The position numbers and the translations under genes were made by a program. A stretch of DNA of 64,000 nucleotides from Andalucia godoyi And28 (Eukaryota; Protista; Jakobida). Under the pieces are notes generated by a model. That model was not told the origin of the DNA and did not search any database. It saw only the letters and a list, made by a program, of their open reading frames with translations. The stretch lies in the NCBI GenBank assembly GCA_009859145.1, contig VRVR01000002.1:442724-506723 (forward strand), written 5' to 3'. Below, piece after piece: positions 16,043-27,800 of this stretch (position 1 is its first letter; each line of letters starts with the position of its first letter).

Positions 16043-16966
16043 CTACTTTTTCGAGTCCATGTATTTTTCAATGTGCGCAGTGAGTTTTTGCGTCACTTCA
16101 TCCGCATTCAGATTCTTGCCATAGTAGTCGATGAACTCGCCAGAAGGATGCAGGACGTACATGATGATCGAGTGGTCCACGACGTAATCATCACCCGCAC
16201 TATCGTCTGGCTTTGACCAGTAGACGCGGAATTTCTTTGTAACATCTGCAATCTGATCGTACGTGCCGGTCAGTCCGATGAACGACGGATGGAAATCGGC
16301 GAGGTACGCCTTGATGCGTTCCGGAGAGTCACGTTTTGGATCCACCGAAATGAACACCGGCTGCACAATCCCAGAGCCATACCGCTTTTCAATCCGGTTG
16401 ACTGCAGCCGTCAGCTTGTCCATCTCCGTGGGGCACACATCCGGACACATCGTAAACCCAAAGTACAAGATCGCAAACTTCCCCTTGAAATCCTCTTCCG
16501 TAACAGTCCTTTTCATCGTATCCGTAAGGGAAAACGGTCCTCCAATCTTCACGCCGCCATACGACTGCACTTTCGACGACGCGGTTGCCTTTTGCCGCTT
16601 CTCTTGGTCATACCAATAGTACAATCCACCTCCAGCAATCGTCATCAAGCCCAATTGCAGAGCCGCAGATTTCCACGAAAGCGGTCCGCGCTCAGAAGAA
16701 CCAGATCCATTTCCAGAGCCGCCAGTGTTCCATGCCGCTTCCTTTCCGTCCGCTCTGCCACGTGTGCTGCTGTCTCTGTTGTGACCATGACCATCACTAC
16801 CACTGATATTTTGCTGCGGTGGTAGTAGTTGTGATTGTTGGTCAGGTTCAGAAGGAGAATGCGGATGAGGAGCAGTTGCGTACTTGCAAACATGCATCTT
16901 GGTCTTCAACGAATCCGACAGGCATTGTGCTGATGGCCGCATCAATGACCTCGACAATCGAAACAT
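16043..16966 (-). CDS. SCO1: Cytochrome c oxidase copper chaperone SCO1/SCO2
   Basis: GGPFSLTD, YFGFTMCPDVCPTEM (CxxxC copper site) and YVVDHS, with a single TM helix and an Arg/Ser-rich presequence (MFRLSRSLMRP). ATG at 16966 gives 307 aa. Confidence 0.96.
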   Translation of the reverse strand: MFRLSRSLMRPSAQCLSDSLKTKMHVCKYATAPHPHSPSEPDQQSQLLPPQQNISGSDGHGHNRDSSTRGRADGKEAAWNTGGSGNGSGSSERGPLSWKSAALQLGLMTIAGGGLYYWYDQEKRQKATASSKVQSYGGVKIGGPFSLTDTMKRTVTEEDFKGKFAILYFGFTMCPDVCPTEMDKLTAAVNRIEKRYGSGIVQPVFISVDPKRDSPERIKAYLADFHPSFIGLTGTYDQIADVTKKFRVYWSKPDDSAGDDYVVDHSIIMYVLHPSGEFIDYYGKNLNADEVTQKLTAHIEKYMDSKK

Positions 16967-17289
16967 CTTTCCTGTGTAATAATAAAGGAAACTTATGATC
17001 AGATATAGGATTTTTCTCTTTTGCCGCAAACAGTGGCAGTCGCTCGCACACACACACACCGAATGTGAAACGAAACGAAAGGTTCCTTTTATCATGTTGA
17101 TTGGAGACAGAAAAAAGCGACCGAGTCCAGGTTTACCTTACAGTAGCTGCTGCGGGTCGCGATACAGAAGCTCGTGGCATGGCGGCGGCGGGCGAAGGAC
17201 GTGATGACACTACTCTGGCAGGATGCTGGGCATGTGGGTAGTGAAGCGGCGAGGAAGTTCTGATGGTGCAGTGGCTGGGAAGCTGCTGT

Positions 17290-17952
17290 CTAGACGTGTG
17301 GAAATTGCAAGATGGGAATGACGCTTCCGTCGAAGTTTCTCTGAACGGCAACGTTGATTCCTGGAAAGAGCGATCGGCAGCCTGCACTGAGATGGACAGC
17401 CTCGATCCTGTCAGAGTCCATCTTGGTGGCCACTGCAATGATCGGAGCTGGAAGAGTCGTCAGAAACTGAACCGCATCCGCCGAGTAGCCAGAGTGAGCA
17501 AACACAAATCCAAGCACAAAACAGGAATTGGTCGTTTGAAAGGCTCCGTTCTTTCGCATCTCGAGCCCGACGAGTGGTTTATCATTGCCAGCATAGGGAT
17601 CGCAGTTAGCGTCAGCATCAGCGATGGGGTTTCCGACGTGGTTCATTCGTACGACACGCTCGAGAGCACCGACGAACGACCGAATGGGTTCGGCGCCCAG
17701 TTTTCGAACATGGTGTTTGCATTGTCCATACACAGATACTGCGTGCCCTGCAATCGTCGCGGTTCCAGAAACATCAATTCCGCGATCGAATGAACCGCCT
17801 TGGTGGTGAACGTGCAATCCGAAATGACACTGCAGCGTTCGTTGAACATACAATTCATATGCGACGCCTTTTGCAGTCTTGGAGACAGGATTCGATATCA
17901 CCGCGGATTGAGAGCTTGTGTGACGCGCTGACAGCTGTGCAAATCGCAACAT
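17290..17952 (-). CDS. RRG7/DUF2034-like protein with Mrr-type restriction-endonuclease fold, probably mitochondrial
   Basis: Motifs GVAYE, GGSFDRGIDVSG, VYGQCK and IRSFVGAL fit the Mrr-like PD-(D/E/Q)xK pattern. Presequence-like N-terminus MLRFAQLSARHTSS. ATG at 17952 (track start is GTG) gives 220 aa. Confidence 0.75.
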   Translation of the reverse strand: MLRFAQLSARHTSSQSAVISNPVSKTAKGVAYELYVQRTLQCHFGLHVHHQGGSFDRGIDVSGTATIAGHAVSVYGQCKHHVRKLGAEPIRSFVGALERVVRMNHVGNPIADADANCDPYAGNDKPLVGLEMRKNGAFQTTNSCFVLGFVFAHSGYSADAVQFLTTLPAPIIAVATKMDSDRIEAVHLSAGCRSLFPGINVAVQRNFDGSVIPILQFPHV

Positions 17953-18207
17953 CGACGCACGGGAAGCATCCGCGAATATTCGCTGCGAAGAAATCGTTTG
18001 CAAGTACTGGACTACTGGTTGCACCGAGATCCAAAAGGAAGAAATGTCGATCTGTCAGAGATCTTTGGGAAGTCGTTCACTTTCGTATACATGCTCATTG
18101 CCGGTCGTAGTGGGACATGCTGCATTTTCATCTTTCATATAACCCTCCAACCCAAAACGTCTGGTGGAACGGCTGTGAATACCATCGGCGAGTATGGCTG
18201 AAGGTGT

Positions 18208-18273
18208 GCAGGTCGAGGCCCACTGAGAGACACACTGTCGAATATTGACAATCGATTCCTTGTAATTGATGAT
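18208..18273. repeat. Dispersed ~65-bp non-coding element, copy 1
   Basis: GCAGGTCGAGGCCCACTGAGAGACACACTGTCGAATATTGACAATCGATTCCTTGTAATTGATGAT. It differs from 42353-42416 by a 2-nt indel and 2 substitutions. Confidence 0.95.
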
Positions 18274-18830
18274 GGGCACTGATGCTAATTGTAAAAGTCA
18301 CTTTATGCCAAATAAACCTGTCTGAGGCGCAACATGCGAGACAAATGCTTGGGGAGAGAGAGGCTCTTTGGGCTGGAGGGTATAATACCGTATGTATAGT
18401 CTTTTATCTTTCCATTGATTTTCTTGATGTTTGCTTCGTCATTTCTTACCTTTCGCGACCTGACGGTGCAGATGGCACAAGAACCGTTTCGAGAATAGGC
18501 TGTCCTTTCTTGATTTCAAGGATTTTTTCTTGCTGAATGCATTCGCGTTTTCACGAACGATCCTCCGTATTCCTTGCGTTTATTATTTTTAAAAGGGAAA
18601 ATGGTGGTTATCCTCGCTCCGTTGTCTGTTCGTTCGGAGGGGGGAGGGCACTTGCGTCACAGACAACATTCCTAACAGCCAGAAGAACACAAGAAAACCA
18701 AACTAAACATACACATAATGAGCAAACACAATTGAAAACAGTTGTTTATGCAAAGATTTAACAACGTCGTACTCGGTAATTCGAAGGATGCGCCGCAGTA
18801 GCAGCAGGCGTACGTCCCACCCGAAAGTGG

Positions 18831-21800
18831 CTATTCCCATTCACCGATCCAGTGATTGTCCTCGGTGACTTCTTCTTCTGCAGCTTCTTCGTCCTTTTCT
18901 TCTTCTTCTTCGTCGTCGTCGTCCTGGTCCGTCGCATCACCGCCGCCATCATCACCATCATCACCTTCCGCATGTGCTTCATCCGGCCGAACATTGAAAT
19001 CCGTATCAATAGAGTGACAATGCCGGATCGCAAACCACAGCTTGGCTCGCATAATCTCGTCGGTGGAGTACTGCGGCAATTGAATCGTGAAGAAGCACGT
19101 CGCAGATTGCGGAAGATACCGGTCATGTTCGGCAGTTGGCGCGCGCACAAACCCCTTGATGACAAGGGTGAATCCCGACTGCGCCGCAGGAAGACGAGAT
19201 CGACCGCTGACAAATCGAAGGAAGCCGCAACGGAATTCTGGCGATTCCGACGCAAATACTCTCCAGAACCGCTGGATATGAGCATCCGATTCACTGCAAG
19301 TTTCATACGATGTGTGCGATTTGAGCAATTCAACATCGACATCACGTTCACCAGTAATCCGCAACTCCGCCTCTGTTTCCGTGCACAAGGATAAGCAAGA
19401 GGGCGGGACAATGAGGTGAAATCCAGCGAGCATTTCGTGGGTTGCTGCATCAAATTCGCGCGACCGGGAACGCAGCAAGCTCCTCACGTACCGTTGTCGT
19501 GACGTCCAAGACAGAGCCGTGTCGTCGCCGTCATAGCCAAGAGATACGGCAGTTCCGTCCGTCAACTGCGAGGAGAATGACAGAGTCGCAAACGCCTCGT
19601 CAAAAGCATCCTCCGACGAAATCCCGTGACGGTGAGGCCGCAAAAGGGAATCAACAATCGTTTGCAGGCCTTGATCTAACGGAAACAGATCACGAGAAAC
19701 ACGAACTTGTTGACCAGTCATCATTCGGAAGAGTATCCCAGAGATGTCTAGCGGAATCGGAGCATTGGTTCGGACTGCAATGCCCATCAGAATACCGACA
19801 AACCGAAACAGTTTGAGTTTCAGAGGAGAAAATTGCGAGGATGGAATCGGTACGAAACGATCACGATTAGAACCAGTCTCGTATTGGGCATTCAGACAAG
19901 GCATGAAAAGAGGAATCGTCGCCGTTTCAATGTACCTTGCAGGATCAAAGGCTCCCGATCCTGCAGCGGAATGGTGAAGTTCCCGAATTATGGGGAAATG
20001 CAATTCAGAAACCATGGTGGAAATAGCCTCATGGTAAGGTCCACCATAGTCATCGGCACCTTCCCCGATGAACAACACACAGAAAGCACGACGAGGAAGG
20101 CGCAGCAGAAACGGATCGACAGGGAATAGCTGTCTGTACGCTTGCATAAAGACAGCGTCCGTAGGAGGTTGTGAGATTGAAGGTCGTATTGCCAAATGGC
20201 GATTCAATTTCACATCCCTCGGATCCGCTGTTTCAGACTTTGTCTGACTCAAGGATGAGGACAGAACCCACTCCTCCTTGACGGAAATATGAATTACACC
20301 TCGAAGCAGCGAAAGCCGTAAGCCCAAGTTGGAATGCAACGACGGAACGGATGCTCTCATGAAATGATCCTGCGTAAACGCTGCCGCTGGACTGTTGGTC
20401 GCAGAAGCAGATGAAGACGCCGAGGCCAATGGAATTGGAGAAGGACTCACGAGTGGTGGCTCCGCATTCGTACCAGCAAGCGACGACATTGAGGAGGCTC
20501 GAGAAAGAGATGAAGATGCAGAGGACGCGCATGCAGATAAGAGGCACTTGAAATTACGCGCCTCCATTTCCCATTTTAATGCCGGAATTGGTTGGAAGTA
20601 AGATGGAACCGTCCACAAATACCGGCCGTGTACTGTCAAAAGCTCGTTGAATTTCTGAATCAAAGCAAACCGGAATTGAAGAACATGCAGTGGAAACGAC
20701 GCAAGGGACGACAGATCGGGACGTTCATGACGAAGACGGTCTGCATGGACAGAAATGGTGGACAACGGCAAGGTGGCAATATCAGACTTGTCTGAAGACT
20801 GTAAAAACAGGATGCCTCGCCGAAGATTGGCAGCCGAACGTTCCGCGCTCTCACCTTCCGCACACGCTGACGCTTGAACAAGCTTCAACAGCAGTCTGTC
20901 ATGGTCCTCTGTCCAATGCTCGGTCAAGATCCGCAGTGTCTCGTAAAATCGATTCTCCTCTGTTGGATTCAAGGCAGCGTCGTCCGCCTTCGGTTCCGGC
21001 TGCAGTACAGGGCTGATGTACAGTCGCACACCGTATTCAATTCCTTCCGGGTACAGCGTCGGGAACCGGAAGGTGATGGGCGCTTCCAAAGGAAACCGAA
21101 TCTTCAACAGTGCATGATACAGCGGATGTTTCCGAGATTTGTAGCAAGCACTGCAGAAATCCGGGTTTTCAGAAGGATCTACTGCTGTGTCGTAGTACCG
21201 AATGCCGATGATGGGACTCATATTGCAATAGAAGCACGTCGTCCCAGGATGAATCACCGCACCAGCTTGGAATCCCTGTTGCAAGTCTTGGTACCGTACT
21301 GGTGCATCCCCGTGGGACTCGGGGTTCTGCAAGGGTGGTGCCTGTAAGGGCATCGCATCCGCTGGCGGCTGCAGAGCAGACAAAGACCGAACATGAAACG
21401 GTATTTCAAGGAATACGTGCCGCATGTCGTGAACATTGTCAGTAAAATACAGAGTATCGCAGTTTCCACAAATGTCAAAATCTCTGCAATGCATGCATTT
21501 GAATCTGGTCCCTAAACAGGCTTCATCGTCGTGATCACAATAAACAGACTGATGTTCTTCCTGAAAGTCGTCGTTCTCTCGGATTCCATAACGGAACGAC
21601 GATCCTTTCAACATGACGGACTGCGGAAACGAATCTGCACCGGTGTGCACGAACGAAACAGCTTCATCAGCAGTGCTCTCGATGAAGAACACATGGGATT
21701 CATGCAGCTCGCAGCGATGATCGAAGCGCACATTGATGGACGTGGCATCGGGAATATCGAGGGTGTTGGAAAAAGATGAGCATGACAAGGGATGGCGATC

Positions 21801-24800
21801 AAGATCCACAATCAATTCCCTGGCAGTCTGTTGGTACAAGTCGTTCCACAGTGCCACCAGTCTTGCATGCGGTACTTGGTGTACCAGACCCAGCAAGAGA
21901 TCCGCAACAACGGACAGATCAGAAGTCGTTTGCAAATCGGCTGAATTGATATCCGAAATGTCCACAGTCGAATTCAAGAGCGAAACTCGCCGGCCACTTT
22001 GGTCTTGGAAAGCAAGGAACACAGAACAGAGGAAATCTCGCAAGCCAATAACATATGGTGACACCGGTGCCTGTGGCTGGGATCTCTTGCGAGAACACAC
22101 AACGAATGCTCGACAAAGGGCAACGAATTCCGGGATAAACACGGGGACCCCCGAGTCTGGACACACGAAGTCTGTAAACTTCATCCACTGTCGGGCGATA
22201 CACAGCCGCAGTATTCGAGACATGACGAACAATATGCGCTGCTTCTGGCCTACGAATGGAGTGAGAAGAAGCTTCCAAAACGATTTCAACAGAGAGAGAC
22301 AGGCAGCCTCCTGTTGCTCGTTAGAAAGAAACGGAACACGGAATGTCTCCAGCAAATCCAAAAACACCGAAGCAAACCACAACGGACGGAATACGTCAGT
22401 TCCAAAGGGAGAACTAGAGGCATTCTTATCCGTAACACGCGAAGGCAAATGGGGCCACTGGATGCGAGAAGAATATTCAGCAGATGCAACGATCTGGTCT
22501 GCCATTTTGCGAAGAGCACGTTCGAACAAAGAGAAGGCAGGATTTCCGTAATGGGCAATCAAATCCATGCAGAACATCTTGCCGACAGGCGATAGCTCCT
22601 GGCATTCCCAGAGCGAGAAAGACGACAATGATTCCATCTCGTGCTCCATATGGTTGCGAGGAACGGCTTCCATTCGTAATGCCTCCGTCTCGAACAATCC
22701 AAAAACGTCACGCAAAGCCGTTTCGTCCCCAAACGCTTGTAGGAGTTCTTCAGGCTGATATCCCGGCACTCCGGAAATTCGCTGTTCTTGGCGTTCTCGA
22801 ATCACACACCAAAACGCATTTCGCAACAAAAGAATACCAAAATCGAAACAGGCAGTCTGGAAGAAGTGTGCGACACTCGTGGAAACAACAGACAGAGAAA
22901 AGTCTAGTACGGCTCTCATGGGGCGCTCCAAGAGAGAAGTTGGGATCCAGGCCAGCTTTCGCTTGGATTTTTCATCATCCACAAACTCCAACAGGATCCA
23001 ATTCTTTTCCGAATCCACGCGACGCACTATTCCAACCCGACCTTCCATTTCCGATCCTACAGGATTTCCAATTCCTGCAAGGGCCGACTTGGACAACTTG
23101 CGCTCGGAGGCTCGGGAGGCTGGCATGACTTCCAATAACATTCCAGGATGCACGTCCCCGCACAACACAGTTCGAGGAAGTGGAACTGGATGTCGAGAAC
23201 CATAGTAACGAGCAAGCCCGCTCTCTTGGACGTCCTCCACAGCAACAATTCTCAGGAACTCTTTGATCAGTGTAGGCGCACTGTCCGATGAGGGCGCAGT
23301 AAGAACCACAGACGCACTCGGTGCTTCGTAGCTGCCCGAAACGTCAACAGCACCGACCATTGGGGACTCTCCCTGATCTTCGTCCGTAACTTCTCCATGG
23401 TCCTCATCTGTCGTCTCCGCGTAATACTCATCTGTCACTTCATCCTCTTCATCTTCGTCGTGCTCCTCATTATCCTCCTCCTCTGCGTCATCATCTCCCT
23501 CGACTTCTTCTTCTTCTTCTTCTTCTTCCTCATCCTCTTCCTGGTCCTCTTCTTCATCACCGTCACCATCACCATCATCCCCTGGATGCTCCAGTAGCCA
23601 ATTGGCAGCTGCGGAAACGTCGCCACGATTCAGCCTCAGTGCTCGCTCCGCGTGTGCTCGAACGAAACCCATGATCACCAACTCCTCTAACAATTCCTGG
23701 TTCACAGCAACACGCGGAGGGGGTCTTCGAGCAGGGGACGCGGATGTTCGGGCTGGTGACCGAATCCGACGAGTGCTCGGTGACGGGGCCGGCATTTCAT
23801 CGCGAATCTCCGGGATCGTGAACTCGGCGTGTCCAAACACATGCGACGGGTCAAACCGGAAAGCATCCCGGCCGAAATTGACCTTGACACGAGTTCCTTT
23901 TCCGAGTAAACCAACAACAGGGTAAAAGTGATCCTGAACACCTCGAAAGGCGATGCCAAGATGCTTCCCATTCTTGGTGAAAAAGACCGAACCGTCGGAC
24001 TTGATGTAACCGCAGCCGACTACATCATCCTGTTTGAAAGGTTCCCACTTGCGGCTTGCTTGCAAAGAGTGATACAAACCGCCGTCATCAGAGTGATACC
24101 CGTAGGATGAGCCATACCATCCTGGCATGCCCCACAGTTGTTCTTCGAGAAGTGCGGGATACAAGCCGATGCCGACAAAGTGATCGCCTACGAGCTGCAC
24201 AACCCGAATCTCGAAGTAAAAGACATTGGTGGAAAAAGGAATTGGTGCATTCGCACGCACCAACACTGCATCCTGATTCTTCTTGGACGCACCCGTGCAC
24301 TCCACAATCGTCCGTTCTTCGTCCACCAACTTGCATGTTCGAACGTATTCAAACGCAAATGCAGTGGGTGAGAAAACCGACCATGGTTTTACAGGAGCGT
24401 GGAATCCATTCATGTCCGACAAGCCAGGAGACACATCTTTGCAACCAAACTCCATAAAGTTGGTGACAGACTTGCTCAAATCCTCAATGCTTGCGTACGG
24501 TCCGACAGAAGGCTCGCGTCTTGCCAATTCAAACAGCTGTCGGACGAGTTTTGCAGCTGATGGATGGCGTAAGACATCTGACACATGCGAAATACTTCGA
24601 CGCATCGTGAACGAGAACACCTTGCACACAGACATCCACAGTTCAGCATGGTCTGTGTGCACCGGTATTTCAGTCAAGGTCGGCTTCAGCCCTAGCTTGG
24701 AAGACCATTCTGACAAGAATTCCAACAACAGAAGAATTTGCCGTGTCGACAGGAGAGAGAAAACCAATCCACTGTTCGGAACAAGAGGCACCAGATCATG

Positions 24801-27800
24801 AATCACCACATCCTCCATAGTGTCCACTGAGAACGACGGTGGACAAACAATTACTGCAGACTTTGTCAATGGGACCACTTCCAACACAACTGGGCATGAC
24901 TGGATACCGATTGCATTCTCAAAATTGCTGAAGAATGCAGCACGAGAAACAACGCTGTCTCCAACGTGAACAGAAGCGGACGATGCCGTGTCAGCATCGA
25001 TGCAGGAGAGGAACCGGAACACACAAAACGCATGAGGATCCACACTTCCATGACTATTCGCAAGTTGCTGAATGGCCAAGTCTAGCATGCCAGAAAGCGT
25101 CTCTTTCCAGTCAGCAGACAGCATCGACAGATGCAAAATCAATTTTGCAACCTCAACTTGCACCAACCGATGGTGCCGAATTGTAGACAAGGGAGACTCC
25201 TTGAATCGACGATTTTGCTTCTTGTAAACGCTCTCCGAACCTTGCGCTTTTGCAGATTCAATCAAGTAAAAACCAGCGTCCGCATGCTCCTGTTGAGTTT
25301 TGCACGATCCCCAATAGGATGCACCTTCATCATTGTCGACATGAAACCACATTCGATCATCCTTGACACCGATGGCTGTTGCAGCGCCATTCGGAGTATG
25401 CACCCGATCACCAGAACGGAATCCGAAAGGACGGCATGCGAAATCCTCCGTTATAAACACAAAAAATTCTCGGCTTACAGCTTTGTAGCTGACGAATCCT
25501 GGTCCAAAATCCGATATGAAAGGGGCACAAATCATCGGCAGCGCATGCATACCACCAGCGTCTTCCTGGAGGGATTCAGGGCGGCGTGAAGCTTCGCTGT
25601 CGTCTGCGTCTTCCAGCAGGCCTCGATCCAGCTCACCAAAGTACGACATCGATTTCACCACGCCAAAGACCCCAATCAAAATGTGAAATATTTTTGATGC
25701 AAACTCGGGATGATTCTTCAGCGATGTGTGGGTGCACAGCAGAGAAACAAGGCGCACCAGCAAACGTGAACAACGGACAGAATAAAAGTATCCCTCTTTT
25801 AGCAAATTCACGATTCTCAGGATCGACGAATGTTCGATCGAATTTTCACAAGCCGTAACGAGCACAAAGACGATGCTCAGCAAATTGAAAGACTCCTTTT
25901 CAGACGGTTTGCCTAAACACAGTAAGTCAATCGTGTGCTCGACATTCCGAATGACAAAACACAGCAACCGAGATCCGGAAGTCAAAGAATAGGAATCTTC
26001 CAGCAGCGGAACACATGCCTGGAGTGCAAGAAGCAGCGACGGAACAGATTTCTGAGGAAACTGATCAAGAACCTGGACAGCAAAATCCCTGGTTGCCAAG
26101 AATGATGACCGCAGCATCACCGAATCCACAGAAAAGTACAATGCAACCAGATGGTTCCATGCATCATTCGAAGAATCGGCGGATACGATTTGAAGAAGCG
26201 TGCGGTTTAGAGAGTCATGTGACTCCACAACAGCACAGTCTGTTCGCGTCAAGACGTCTCGGTGGTTTGTCAGAAATTCGCAGAACTGTCTCAGGCAAAT
26301 GAGGAACGGTCCGTTTAGTTTGAAAAGACGAATGATTCTTTCAAATGACGAAAACACCTGAGCCAGAGAAGAAACATGGCGAGAATATGGTTCAAAAAAC
26401 TGCATGAACCCCGTGTCAGAAAATTCTAAAGACGTCAAGAAGCCAAGAATCAATGAATACATATCGCTTTCATAGCTCTCGCACTTCCTACGCTGCTCGA
26501 GCGTTCGCCGAGTTTGAAGCCAGTGATGGAATGCTGCATCACCTTCGCTGGACCAAACGAGTCGAAAATACGTTCCTTTTTGAAAATGTCGGCAAAGAAA
26601 GGTCGCACGGTTCTTGACGCGATCGAGCAAGGCATCGTCCACCTTGGACACCAAAGTAGTACAATATTGCCGAGCTGCGAGCACCATCGCGCGATATGGG
26701 TCCCGAAGAAATGAGAAGATGTCAGATGACCCATCAAGGAATGACCGGTCGTTTTGCAACTCCAGAACTTTTGCATACAACTGGCTTAGTTCCGTTGTGC
26801 AGTCGAAAAGATGCGCAAAACACAGTATGATGGAATTGAACAATTCCCACACCGCTTTCTTCGCATGCTCCGACATTGATGCCTTAAGAACGGGGCTCAT
26901 TAGAATGGAGCTATGGCGATCCGAGAGCCCATTCTTCCAGTCCAGCACGTGAGGTTGATCATGCCGGATTGACAACACCCCCCTTTCAAGCAGCGACCGA
27001 AAAGGCTGCGGAATTGTACTCTTTGGGAAGGTGTGCCGCAAAATGTCCTTGAAAGATCTTGCAAAGGCACCAAACAACGACAGCAGAGAAGACGCAACCC
27101 AGTCGGCTGAATGATCAAACAAGACGCCCATGAAAGTAGGCTGTCTTCTCGAAACCTCTCGAACGGAATAAAATGGAACCATGACGAAGCGGAAGCCCCA
27201 GTCCGAGGCGGAGCCGTAGTCAGCTTTGAACCTCACAAAAATCTTTTCGCTGAAGAATGCAATTGGATTTGCATCTCCAGTAGGAAAATCGGAACCTGAG
27301 TATGTCAACATGACGCGAGAATCCTTCTCCGATGATATTTCCAAAAGATCCCCGGATCTAGTCTTGCAGCGCGGATCAAAGAACAAGTATATGACCTCCG
27401 CTCCAAGACATTCTGTGGAGAATTCAAAGACCTTTGATCCGCAAGGGTGAGGGGATTCAACGACGACCAAAGGCATTCTCAGCGAAATCAAATTATGAGA
27501 GTCTGCAGAAACACCTGAATTGCTAGTACCCACTAACCGAGAAACGAAGCTGAACAGCAAATCCATTGGAACCGGAATAGAAAGTGCTTCAACACTCCAC
27601 AGCGCGATGGAAAACAGAGATGGCAAAAACAAATCAGAAATTTTGTTTCCAAGAGATAAGACAGACAACTGTTCGCAAGAATTGAACAAAACAGACAAGA
27701 CCTCGGAGGAGAAGGAAGCGTTTTGGGAGAATACATCGCGCAAGAGCAGTTTCGCAATATGAAACTCTAGATGCGGCGCAGAAGCAAAGATGTCGCCCTG

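Noticed and set aside
18222-18245. Hammerhead-ribozyme-like core in the 65-bp element (CTGAGA-stem-GAAT)
   Set aside because: It misses the consensus (CUGANGA is one nt short, GAAA is GAAU), stem II has a 1-nt loop in copy 2, and there is no conserved stem I/III with a UH cleavage site.
18268-18325. Possible box C/D snoRNA (TGATGA at 18268, CTGA near 18322) starting at the end of repeat copy 1
   Set aside because: No D box follows copy 2, there is no clear terminal stem, and I could not identify an rRNA-complementary guide by eye.
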